Source: an uncultured Eubacteriales bacterium (lineage in GTDB: Bacteria > Bacillota > Clostridia > Christensenellales > UBA1242). From it: a stretch of DNA of 64,000 nt. The notes under the pieces are model-generated. The model was not told the DNA's origin. It searched no databases and saw nothing but the letters and a program-made list of their open reading frames with translations. The translations under genes and the position numbers were made by a program. Shown piece by piece: positions 9,588-18,032 of this stretch. The DNA is taken from positions 855 to 64,854 of the forward strand of contig CAOQYA010000004.1 in the NCBI GenBank assembly GCA_948514155.1, written 5' to 3'. Every line of letters begins with the position of its first letter. The first letter of the stretch is position 1.

Positions 9588-10403
9588 TTGAAGATTAACT
9601 GGTTTCCAGGGCATATGAAAAAGGCTTTGGATGAAATGAGGAATGAACTTACTAAAGCAGATGTTATTGTGTATGTGCTGGACTCTCGCGCGCCAAAAAG
9701 TTGCCTCAATCCAGAACTTTCACGCCTTACAAATGGCAAACCAATTCTTTACATCTTGAACAAAATTGACCTTACAGATTTTGACAGACTTGAAAAAATG
9801 CAAAATGATTTCAAGGGTGAAAAAATTGATTGCATGCTTGTTAATTCTACTCAAAGTGGGCTTGGAAGCGCAGTTTGCGCAAAAATTAAACAACTTTGTC
9901 GTGATAAAATCAAAAAGTTCCAAGACAAAGGCATCGGCGTGACGGTGAGAGCGCTTGTTGTTGGAGTTCCAAATTGCGGCAAAAGCACTCTTGTTAACAA
10001 CCTTTGCAAAAAGGCTAAGGCTGTGACGGGCGACAGGCCTGGAGTGACCAAGGGCAAGCAATGGTTCAAAATCGGAAATGGTGTGGAGATTTGCGACACG
10101 CCGGGCACACTTTATCCCGACCTTAACGACCAAGAAAAAGCAAAAAGCCTTGCCTTTATCGGCTCAATTCGCGACGAAATTTTGGACGAGGTTGAACTTG
10201 GAAATGAATTTATCGCTCGTCTTGAAAAGCTTTATCCCGGAAGAATTGCAGAGCGCTACAAAACTGCCGGCAGCCTCGAGGAAATTTGCCGCGTGAGGGC
10301 ATTTTTACTGCCGGGCGGAGAATTTGACATCTCCCGCGCGGCTAAAGCGGTGATTTCAGATTTCCGCAGTGGAAAACTCGGCAAGATTATGATTGAGGGC
10401 TAA
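9588..10403 (+). CDS. rbgA: ribosome biogenesis GTPase A (RbgA/YlqF)
   Basis: INWFPGHMKKA N-terminus and circularly permuted GTPase motifs (NKIDL ... GVPNCGKST ... DTPG). TTG start. Confidence 0.9.
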   Translation: MKINWFPGHMKKALDEMRNELTKADVIVYVLDSRAPKSCLNPELSRLTNGKPILYILNKIDLTDFDRLEKMQNDFKGEKIDCMLVNSTQSGLGSAVCAKIKQLCRDKIKKFQDKGIGVTVRALVVGVPNCGKSTLVNNLCKKAKAVTGDRPGVTKGKQWFKIGNGVEICDTPGTLYPDLNDQEKAKSLAFIGSIRDEILDEVELGNEFIARLEKLYPGRIAERYKTAGSLEEICRVRAFLLPGGEFDISRAAKAVISDFRSGKLGKIMIEG

Positions 10404-10748
10404 ATGAAAAAGGAAAACAAAGTTAAAGGCGGAATTGGCGAAGCAAAAGTTTATCACTATCTTGAAAAAAGCGGCTACAAAATTTTAGAGACAAATTTTG
10501 AGAATATTTATGGAGAGATTGATATTATCGCTTTAAAAGATAGAAAAATTGTTTTTATTGAAGTTAAAGCGCGCTCGTCCTATGCTTTTGGCAGACCTTG
10601 CGAAGCAGTGACGCCATACAAACAAAACAAAATTCGTCAGGCGGCCGAAGCATATCTTATCAAAAAGAAACTATATGAGCGCGACATGAGTTTTGATGTT
10701 ATTGAAGTGCTGGACGACGAGATAAATCATTTAAAGAGTTGTTTTTAA
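10404..10748 (+). CDS. yraN: YraN family endonuclease (UPF0102)
   Basis: 114-aa ORF with GEIDIIA...VFIEVKAR, the PD-(D/E)xK-like YraN signature. Confidence 0.85.
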   Translation: MKKENKVKGGIGEAKVYHYLEKSGYKILETNFENIYGEIDIIALKDRKIVFIEVKARSSYAFGRPCEAVTPYKQNKIRQAAEAYLIKKKLYERDMSFDVIEVLDDEINHLKSCF

Positions 10749-10768
10749 GTGGCTTCGCCACTTTTTTA
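10747..10768 (+). terminator. rho-independent terminator
   Basis: Stem AGTGGC/GCCACT followed by a T-run directly after the yraN stop. Confidence 0.65.
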
Positions 10769-10824
10769 TCAAATCATTTTGAAAAACAAAGCAAACGCTT
10801 TAAAATATCACCATAGGAGAAAAT

Positions 10825-11607
10825 ATGAACAAAGTTGTGATTATCACCGGCGCAAGCAGTGGAATTGGCCTTGCGACCGCCAATTATTTAATAGGGAAGG
10901 GCTGCACCGTGTATGGGGTTAGCAAGCATGAATACTCGGCTGAAAATTTCATATGCTATACTTGTGATGTTAATAACTCGGCGCGCATGGCAGAAATTTT
11001 TGAGGAGATTTTTGTTAAAGAGGGCCGAATTGACTGCCTTGTCAACAATGCCGGCTTTGGAATTGCAGGCGCGATTGAGGATGTCAAACTTGAAAATGTT
11101 GACGCAATTGTTGCCACTAACCTCAGCGCAGTTATCAAACTCTCCAGCCTGATTATTCCATATCTTAAAAAGTCGGGTGGAGGCAAGATTGTAAGGATCT
11201 CGTCCGTGGGCGGAATTGCGCCGCTTCCATATCAAGCTTGCTACTCGGCGACCAAGGCGGGCGTGGAAATTTTCAGTCGCGCACTTTCGGGCGAAGTTCG
11301 ACCATACAATATTAAGACAACGGCCATTCTGCCGGGCGATTTGAACACCGGCTTCACAAGTGCAAGAGTGGTGGACGAAAACAAAGCATCGGTCAACGAG
11401 CGCATGCGCAAATCGGTGAAGAAAATGGAAAAATCGGAGCGCAAAGGCGGCAGCCCGATTGTTGTTTCAAAAGTTATTTACAAAGTGCTTAAAAAGAAAA
11501 ACCCGCCGCTTCGCGTTTCTGTGGGCTTTATCGCAAAACTTGAAACTTTACTTATTCGCATCTTCCCAACAAAATTTGTGCGCTGGGTGATTAGGCTGCT
11601 CTACTGA
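10825..11607 (+). CDS. SDR family oxidoreductase
   Basis: TGASSGIG cofactor loop, NNAG and the YSATKAG catalytic motif. Confidence 0.85.
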   Translation: MNKVVIITGASSGIGLATANYLIGKGCTVYGVSKHEYSAENFICYTCDVNNSARMAEIFEEIFVKEGRIDCLVNNAGFGIAGAIEDVKLENVDAIVATNLSAVIKLSSLIIPYLKKSGGGKIVRISSVGGIAPLPYQACYSATKAGVEIFSRALSGEVRPYNIKTTAILPGDLNTGFTSARVVDENKASVNERMRKSVKKMEKSERKGGSPIVVSKVIYKVLKKKNPPLRVSVGFIAKLETLLIRIFPTKFVRWVIRLLY

Positions 11608-11627
11608 GAGTTTTCGAAAATTGCCTA

Positions 11628-11656
11628 TTGACATATCGGGGGAAGTGTGATAGAAT
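11628..11656 (+). promoter_or_regulatory. sigma-A-type promoter
   Basis: TTGACA, a 17-nt spacer, then TAGAAT with an upstream GTGTGA extended -10. Confidence 0.5.
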
Positions 11657-11679
11657 GGTGGCATATAAGAGAGGAAAAA

Positions 11680-12135
11680 ATGAAAGCAAAAACAAGCAGA
11701 ATTGGAAGAGTTAAACAGGCAAGAGTTGTTAGTGCAGCGCCAGAGACAATGGCTGCGGCCAACACTGCAAAAAACATAAAACACCCAGTTTTAAAGGGCT
11801 TTTTAATCGGCCTTGGATGCGCAACTGGCGTGTCTGCTATTGGAATTGCGGCCTACTGCGGCTATTTCTACGGCTCGCCGAAAGATAACCTTGTTTCAGG
11901 TATTCATGACAACAACCCAAGCATCGGCTATGATAAGCCTTCGGACGACGAAAACTACTACGAACAGGGCTCGTCGAACAATGGCTCCGCCTCTAAGGAC
12001 GAAATTAATTCTGGCGAAGGCGACAAAGCCGAGAATGACCCTAACAGAGAGGACCCGATCGACCCGGACGCTGACCTTTCAAGAATGCTCAAGGCATACA
12101 ACAGCACCCGCGACGAACTTGGACTTGGCAGATAG
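11680..12135 (+). CDS. hypothetical membrane-anchored protein with a disordered acidic tail
   Basis: ATG 11680 with a purine-rich SD (AGAGGAAAAAA). One hydrophobic segment (FLIGLGCATGVSAIGIAAY), then a low-complexity D/E/N/S-rich C-terminus. Confidence 0.55.
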   Translation: MKAKTSRIGRVKQARVVSAAPETMAAANTAKNIKHPVLKGFLIGLGCATGVSAIGIAAYCGYFYGSPKDNLVSGIHDNNPSIGYDKPSDDENYYEQGSSNNGSASKDEINSGEGDKAENDPNREDPIDPDADLSRMLKAYNSTRDELGLGR

Positions 12136-12164
12136 TTGCTTAAAGAAAGTTTAAATTTACAAAA

Positions 12165-12191
12165 CAAAAAATCGACATTGTCGATTTTTTC
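12165..12191 (+). terminator. rho-independent terminator
   Basis: Stem ATCGAC/GTCGAT flanked by an A-run and a T-run. Confidence 0.7.
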
Positions 12192-12345
12192 TTTGTTATT
12201 TTCTAAATTTCGACATTTTCGTTTGACTTAAATTTAAATTTTAATTAAAATAGACGCTATGAACAGAGGCGCGAACAAAAACCTTTTCTTCAACTGCGAA
12301 AAACATTGCAGCAAACTGCAATCTTTTGTGCCGAAATGTTACCTC

Positions 12346-12356
12346 GGGGGGGGGGG
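12346..12356 (+). repeat. G11 homopolymeric tract
   Basis: Eleven consecutive G read directly from the sequence, ~113 nt upstream of the start codon of the GLUG-like surface protein. Confidence 0.95.
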
Positions 12357-12468
12357 TGTGTAACCTTATCGCTTCCGCCGCTTTTCCACTTTTGAAGCGT
12401 GTTGAATTTTCAACATAGCTTTTTTTGTGTAATTTAACAAAAATTACAGATAATATAGAGGAGAAAAC

Positions 12469-14784
12469 ATGAGTAAATCAAAATCTAAAATTTCCTTAAT
12501 TTCATTTGCGATTTTATTCTGCCTTGTAACATTACTTGGAGGGCTGTGTTTATCATTCAATAAGCCGGTGGAAGTTGACAATGGCTTTTCTCATGCCGCA
12601 CCTCCGCAGCAGCCCAAAGATAACCAGGCTTGGACGGAAGAACGATTTACAAGTCCTATTTATTCAGACAGAATTATATCAAAACCTGAGCAACTTGCTT
12701 ACTTAGCGGCGAAAGTAAATATAGTGAAAGATCCAGAGGCTCAGCGTGGAACTTTTTTCCTTGAAACAACGATAGATTTGTCCGCGCATGTTTGGTCGCC
12801 AATAGGCACACAAGAATTTCCATTTATGGGTCAGTTAATCAGCCAAACCGGCAACGGAAAAATCACAGGCATGTTTGTGGAAAGGAGCGCAACGAGTGAT
12901 GTTCCGGCTAACGCAGGGCTTTTTGGTGTTCTTGCTGGTGAGGCTATTGTTGGCGGGATAAAATTAGAATATTCACTTGTTAATTGTCTTTCCCAATCAA
13001 CATCTTGCATTTCTGCAGGAGGCATTGCTGGAAGAATAAATGGTGGCAAATCAGCAGGCGTATATGAGTGCCAACTTGAAAATGTTTTTGTGTGGGGCCA
13101 ACAAAATGCCGGCGGCATAGTGGGTGATAGCATCGGAAGCGAAATGATAGTGGACTGTCACACTACATCTGGTGGAGTTGACAACCCTTCATGTGAAAAC
13201 GCTGGCGGCATAGTGGGCATCATAAGTGGCAGTGGTGGAATTAAAGCTTGCACGAATGGGAACACGGTTAAAGGCAAAGTTGCAGGCGGAATAGTTGGAT
13301 ATTCAGATAAAACCAGTGCATATATTTCGTCGTGCTCTTCAAGTGGAACAATAACCGCAACTATCGACGGCGGCATTGCGGGGCGATTTGTCGGAAGCAT
13401 TTCAAATTGTGAAAATACCTCTGCAGCAAGAGGTGGAATTGTTAACGAATTGTCGGGCGGAAGAATTACAAATTGCACAAACACTGGAAAAACCAAGGCA
13501 GGCATTGTTTACAGCGCAATGAATAAGTCTGTGATAAAAGATTGCGTTAACAGAGCTGCAAATCTAAAAGGCGGCATTGTTAACACGCTCACAAACAGCA
13601 CAATTCAAAATTGCACAAATTATGGTCAGGGCGTGAGTGGCGGCATTGCTTACACTTCTACGGGGACTTCAATAATTGAAGACTGCAAAAACTATGGAGC
13701 AAATTGCCAGGCCGGAATAGTTTGGTCAAGTTCCGGAACTATCAAGAATTGTTTTAATTATGCTTTAAATGCCGATAGTGGAATTGTTTACACTGCTGGA
13801 GGGTTAGTTGACTCTTGCGTCAATTATGGCACTTGCACCGCTGCGGGAATTTGCGGAAGGTTAAATGGTGGAATTGTTCAAAGTTGTGTTAATCGAGGTA
13901 ATGTTGACGGCGCAGGAATAGTGTATTCCGCACATGATGCGCAAATTAGAAGATGCGCAAATTATGGCGAAATAAGTGGCACATGCGCAGCTGGAATTCT
14001 TTCAGTGTCAGAATATTATGTCATAATCAAGAACTGCATCAATCAAGGAAACATAATAGGTGGCAACTATGGCGGAGGAATTATCGCCTACTTTGCACAA
14101 GACGGAGAAGTTACATGTTGCTCAAACAGCGGAACAATTCGCGGAGAAGATACTGCTTCTATTGGTGGAATTGTTGGATGTATTGAAGCAGGTTCAGTTG
14201 CCAAGTTTATAAGTTGCTTAAACACAGGAGCCATTGTCCTTACTGACGCTGTGACATGTGCCGGCGGCCTTTGCGGAATGATGTTGGATAGCCAATACAT
14301 TGAGTTTATCGGTTGTTTCACAAAGCATGATATTATCAACGAAACAACAGGGCTAAATATGGCCGTAATTTATGCGGGCAGCATGCTCGGACTTCAAATT
14401 GGATCTAATGACGGAAATGCACTGAAAGGCTGCGGGGCTGTTGTTGGAGGTGACGGGCTTATTGTTGGAAACAAGTTCTATGCCGACGCAACAAGCATTA
14501 ACCCCGAATACTTTGGAGCCGAAGCGTTGCCAATTAAGATTGACTCCTCTTATGCGCTTGTGTATGATATATCAACAGAAGGCCATGTTGCAGCAGTTGC
14601 TAATAGTATCGACTCTACACATGAAGATTTCTTCTCAGTTAATGATAATTTTATGGATGGTTATCCTGTGCCGAGAGATATATTTTGGATAGGAGAACAC
14701 ATAGAATACGCCAGCCATGGCGGCATTATTGCACTTTTGCAAAATATTGCTAATAATGTTGAAGAATACGACGGCAATGTTTAA
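12469..14784 (+). CDS. secreted or membrane-anchored GLUG-like repeat protein (predicted beta-solenoid)
   Basis: N-terminal signal/anchor (ISLISFAILFCLVTLLGGLCL). About 20 or more tandem ~19-25-aa units of the form C-x-N-x-G ... (A/G)GI(V/A). Strong GAGGAG SD. Confidence 0.8.
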   Translation: MSKSKSKISLISFAILFCLVTLLGGLCLSFNKPVEVDNGFSHAAPPQQPKDNQAWTEERFTSPIYSDRIISKPEQLAYLAAKVNIVKDPEAQRGTFFLETTIDLSAHVWSPIGTQEFPFMGQLISQTGNGKITGMFVERSATSDVPANAGLFGVLAGEAIVGGIKLEYSLVNCLSQSTSCISAGGIAGRINGGKSAGVYECQLENVFVWGQQNAGGIVGDSIGSEMIVDCHTTSGGVDNPSCENAGGIVGIISGSGGIKACTNGNTVKGKVAGGIVGYSDKTSAYISSCSSSGTITATIDGGIAGRFVGSISNCENTSAARGGIVNELSGGRITNCTNTGKTKAGIVYSAMNKSVIKDCVNRAANLKGGIVNTLTNSTIQNCTNYGQGVSGGIAYTSTGTSIIEDCKNYGANCQAGIVWSSSGTIKNCFNYALNADSGIVYTAGGLVDSCVNYGTCTAAGICGRLNGGIVQSCVNRGNVDGAGIVYSAHDAQIRRCANYGEISGTCAAGILSVSEYYVIIKNCINQGNIIGGNYGGGIIAYFAQDGEVTCCSNSGTIRGEDTASIGGIVGCIEAGSVAKFISCLNTGAIVLTDAVTCAGGLCGMMLDSQYIEFIGCFTKHDIINETTGLNMAVIYAGSMLGLQIGSNDGNALKGCGAVVGGDGLIVGNKFYADATSINPEYFGAEALPIKIDSSYALVYDISTEGHVAAVANSIDSTHEDFFSVNDNFMDGYPVPRDIFWIGEHIEYASHGGIIALLQNIANNVEEYDGNV

Positions 14785-14814
14785 CAGATTTTTTCGGAAA
14801 TTTGGCAAAATCGC

Positions 14815-14843
14815 TTGAAATTTTTATCGGAATATGATAAGAT
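14815..14843 (+). promoter_or_regulatory. sigma-A-type promoter of rplS
   Basis: TTGAAA, a 17-nt spacer, then TAAGAT with a TGA extended -10. Confidence 0.5.
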
Positions 14844-14921
14844 ATTCAAGACTTCGGGTGGTCCGCTTGGAATGAGCCAATGAACACTTTGTCGAAAATC
14901 TGAAAAAAGGAGATAAGTCAA

Positions 14922-15269
14922 ATGGCAAATATTATTGACCAAATCGAGAAAGAGAACATGAAAGAAGCCGTTCCTGCTTTCAATATTGGTGACACTGTTA
15001 AAGTTGGCGTGCGCATCAAGGAAGGTGATAAGGAAAGAATTCAGGGCTTCGAAGGTGTTGTTATTGCAAGAAGAAATGGCGGCATCCGTGAAACTTTCAC
15101 CGTTAGAAAAATTTCAAACGGCGTTGGCGTGGAAAGAACTTTCCCTCTTCACTCTCCACTTGTTGCAGGAGTTGAAGTTACAAGAAAAGGAAAGCCAAGA
15201 AGAGCGAAACTTTACTATGTTCGCCAGCTTACTGGAAAAGCAGCCAAAATTAAATCTGCGGAAAACTAA
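14922..15269 (+). CDS. rplS: 50S ribosomal protein L19
   Basis: 115-aa ORF; F.IGDTV.V...[17 protein letters not shown] is canonical L19. Confidence 0.95.
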   Translation: MANIIDQIEKENMKEAVPAFNIGDTVKVGVRIKEGDKERIQGFEGVVIARRNGGIRETFTVRKISNGVGVERTFPLHSPLVAGVEVTRKGKPRRAKLYYVRQLTGKAAKIKSAEN

Positions 15270-15274
15270 AATGC

Positions 15275-15303
15275 AAAATCTCGCAATTTGCGAGATTTTT
15301 TTA
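15275..15303 (+). terminator. rho-independent terminator
   Basis: Stem ATCTCGCA/TGCGAGAT followed by a T-run. Confidence 0.8.
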
Positions 15304-15326
15304 TTTTCCTTATGAAGGGCATTTGT

Positions 15327-15355
15327 TTGCTAAAATGTGACGAATTTGTTATAAT
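15327..15355 (+). promoter_or_regulatory. sigma-A-type promoter
   Basis: TTGCTA, a 17-nt spacer, then TATAAT preceded by TGT. Confidence 0.5.
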
Positions 15356-15387
15356 CAAAAAGTATTATTTTTCACCAAGGAGAAAAG

Positions 15388-16932
15388 ATGCTTTCAAAAA
15401 TTCACAGTTTTGGCTTACAGGGCATTGACGGCTTTACAGTCGAAGTGGAGACGGACATCAGCATTGGCCTTCCGCACTTTGAAATGGTGGGCTTAGCGGA
15501 TGCCGCGATTAAAGAGGCAAAAGAGCGTGTTCGCTCGGCTGTGCGCAACTCTGGATACAACTATCCGGTTAAGCGCATCACCGTTAATCTTGCGCCGGCC
15601 GATGTTAAGAAAGAAGGGCCGATGTATGACCTTGCCATTGCCATTGGCGTTATGTGCGCAGACACGGAGAGTGGCGTTCGAGGGCTGACCTCTGCAAAGG
15701 CGCGCAATTTTGTTATGCTGGGCGAACTTTCTTTGAATGGGGAGGTTAAATCGGTGCGCGGTGTGCTGCCTATTCTTATCTCCGCTCGCAAGGCAGGCTA
15801 CAAAAAATTTATCATTCCGGCGGCAAACGCCAATGAGGCAAGTTTTATCGAGGGGATAGAGGCATATGCCGTTCGCTCTTTGGGCGAGGCGGTGGAGTTT
15901 ATCGCGGGAAGTTTGCAACTGCAACCTGTGAAAGTTAATAGATTTGAAGCGGAACTGCGAGGCGCTAGCGACGCTCTTGATTTTAAATATGTTAAAGGCC
16001 AGGCACGGGCAAAGCGCGCCCTAGAAATTGCTGCGGCGGGCGGACATAATGTGCTCATGATTGGGCCACCGGGCAGCGGAAAGAGCATGCTTGCAAAGTG
16101 TTTTCCGTCCATTTTGCCGGACATGACCTTTGAGGAGGCGCTTGAGGTGACGAAAATTCACTCGATAGCCGGCGAACTTGATTTCAAAAAGGGCATTGTG
16201 GGCGTGAGACCATTCAGAACGCCGCATCATTCAGCGTCGGCGGTGAGTTTGACCGGCGGCGGTGCGCACAGCAAGCCGGGCGAGATTTCGCTTGCGCACA
16301 ACGGAGTGCTCTATCTTGACGAGATGCCCGAATACTCCAGGCATGCGCTTGAAATGTTGAGGCAGCCGCTTGAGGACGGCACAATCACAGTTGCAAGAAC
16401 TGCGCTGACTGTCACATATCCGGCGAACTTCACGCTTATTGCGTCCATGAACCCATGCCCATGCGGCAACTATGGCTCGCGCGATAAGGAGTGCAAATGC
16501 TCGCCGTCGCAGATACATAAATACCTCTCGCGCATTTCGGGACCGATTTTGGACAGAATTGACATTCATGTTGAAGTTGACAATGTCACCTTCGACGATT
16601 TAAGGTCGCAAATTCAAGAAGAGTGCTCCAGCGAAATTAAAAAGCGGGTGGACAGTGCTCGCGAAAAGCAACTTGAACGATTTAGGGGCATGAAAAACTT
16701 TTCAAATGCAAAAATGAGCGTGCCTGCAACTAAGAAATTCTGCTTACTTTCAAGAGAGAGCGAAGAACTTCTCAAGAGCGCTTTTGAAACCCTTAAACTT
16801 TCGGCGCGCGCTCATGACCGCATATTAAAAGTTTCGCGCACCATTGCCGACCTTGAAGGTGAGACAGAAATTTTACCAGAGCACATTGCCGAGGCAATAG
16901 GCTACAGAACGCTTGACAGAAAATATTTATAG
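15388..16932 (+). CDS. comM: YifB/ComM family Mg-chelatase-like AAA+ ATPase
   Basis: Lon-like N-terminal domain and AAA+ core (GPPGSGKSM, LDEMPE) with a Cys-rich insert (CPCG...C.C). 514 aa. Confidence 0.9.
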   Translation: MLSKIHSFGLQGIDGFTVEVETDISIGLPHFEMVGLADAAIKEAKERVRSAVRNSGYNYPVKRITVNLAPADVKKEGPMYDLAIAIGVMCADTESGVRGLTSAKARNFVMLGELSLNGEVKSVRGVLPILISARKAGYKKFIIPAANANEASFIEGIEAYAVRSLGEAVEFIAGSLQLQPVKVNRFEAELRGASDALDFKYVKGQARAKRALEIAAAGGHNVLMIGPPGSGKSMLAKCFPSILPDMTFEEALEVTKIHSIAGELDFKKGIVGVRPFRTPHHSASAVSLTGGGAHSKPGEISLAHNGVLYLDEMPEYSRHALEMLRQPLEDGTITVARTALTVTYPANFTLIASMNPCPCGNYGSRDKECKCSPSQIHKYLSRISGPILDRIDIHVEVDNVTFDDLRSQIQEECSSEIKKRVDSAREKQLERFRGMKNFSNAKMSVPATKKFCLLSRESEELLKSAFETLKLSARAHDRILKVSRTIADLEGETEILPEHIAEAIGYRTLDRKYL

Positions 16933-16961
16933 CGTTAATATCATGATTTGGAAGGGAAAAC

Positions 16962-18023
16962 ATGAACAAAAATCAATTTATACGCTTTTTATCGGCTTTT
17001 GAACTCTCACATTCCAAAATAACTAAGATTTTGGAGGAAATGGAGGGCGAGTTTTCTTTCGAGAAATTTTATCTTTCCGATAAAATTGAAGAAATTCTTG
17101 GCAAGGACTACACTTCGATTGCCAAAAAGTCGAATGAAGAATATTTCAAAATGTATGAAGATCGCTTGAAAGAGAAGGGAATTGGCATTGTCACATGCGA
17201 GGACGAAGATTATCCCGAAAAGTTCGTCAAAATTGACGACGCGCCATATTACTTTTTCTATATCGGCGACTTAAGCCTTTTAAAATTGCCGGCTGTAAGC
17301 ATGGTGGGAACCCGCTCGCCGTCTGGCTACGGGGCTGTTATCACCGAAAGATTTGCTGGCGATATCGCGTCAGCCGGGGGAGTTATCATAAGCGGCCTGG
17401 CATATGGCGTGGACGGGCTTGCCCACCGCAAGGCACTTGCAGTTGGAGGAAAGACAATTGCTGTGCTTGCCGGCGGCTTTGACAAAGTTTATCCCGCCGA
17501 GCATAACGGACTGTTCAGAGAAATCTGCGAAAAGGGGCTTGTTATCAGCGAACTTCGCCCCGACATTAAAGCGCTCAAATTTCATTTTCCGCAGAGAAAC
17601 AGAATTGTGGCCGCGCTTGCCGATGCACTTCTTATCACCGAGGCGGGCGCAAAAAGCGGAACAAGCATAACAAAGGACTTTGCTCTTGACTACGGCGTGC
17701 CTATTTATGCCGTGCCAGGCAATATCACTTCCGAAAAGAGCGAGGGAACGAATAATCTTATCGCGTCTATGCAAGGAATTTGCGTTTTGGAGCCTAAGTT
17801 TATTATCGACGAACTGGGGCTTAAACAAAAAAAAGTGCAAAGCGTGCAACTTTCCATGAATGAGAGCCTAATCACCGATGCACTTAAAGGCGGACAGCTT
17901 TCCATGGACGAAATTGCACAAATTTCCAAACTTAACATTGCAAAACTTTCCAGTCTTTTGACAAGTCTTGAAATAAAAGCTATAATTAGAAAAGTGCCAG
18001 GTGGCTTTTACACGCTGGCATAG
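16962..18023 (+). CDS. dprA: DNA processing protein DprA
   Basis: Rossmann-like DprA core (VGTR..S.YG, SGLA.G.D..AH, FP.RNRI.A) upstream of topA, as in Bacillota. Confidence 0.9.
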   Translation: MNKNQFIRFLSAFELSHSKITKILEEMEGEFSFEKFYLSDKIEEILGKDYTSIAKKSNEEYFKMYEDRLKEKGIGIVTCEDEDYPEKFVKIDDAPYYFFYIGDLSLLKLPAVSMVGTRSPSGYGAVITERFAGDIASAGGVIISGLAYGVDGLAHRKALAVGGKTIAVLAGGFDKVYPAEHNGLFREICEKGLVISELRPDIKALKFHFPQRNRIVAALADALLITEAGAKSGTSITKDFALDYGVPIYAVPGNITSEKSEGTNNLIASMQGICVLEPKFIIDELGLKQKKVQSVQLSMNESLITDALKGGQLSMDEIAQISKLNIAKLSSLLTSLEIKAIIRKVPGGFYTLA

Positions 18024-18032
18024 GAGGAACTT

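Noticed and set aside
12259-12366. 35-codon ORF (MNRGANKNLFFNCEKHCSKLQSFVPKCYLGGGGV) containing the G11 tract
   Set aside because: It has no SD and no supporting features. It is noted only because tract-length changes would shift its frame, and it is treated as non-coding leader or promoter DNA.
14844-14921. Possible L19 (rplS) autoregulatory leader RNA
   Set aside because: The position fits, but I cannot recognise the conserved structure by eye. It needs a covariance-model search.
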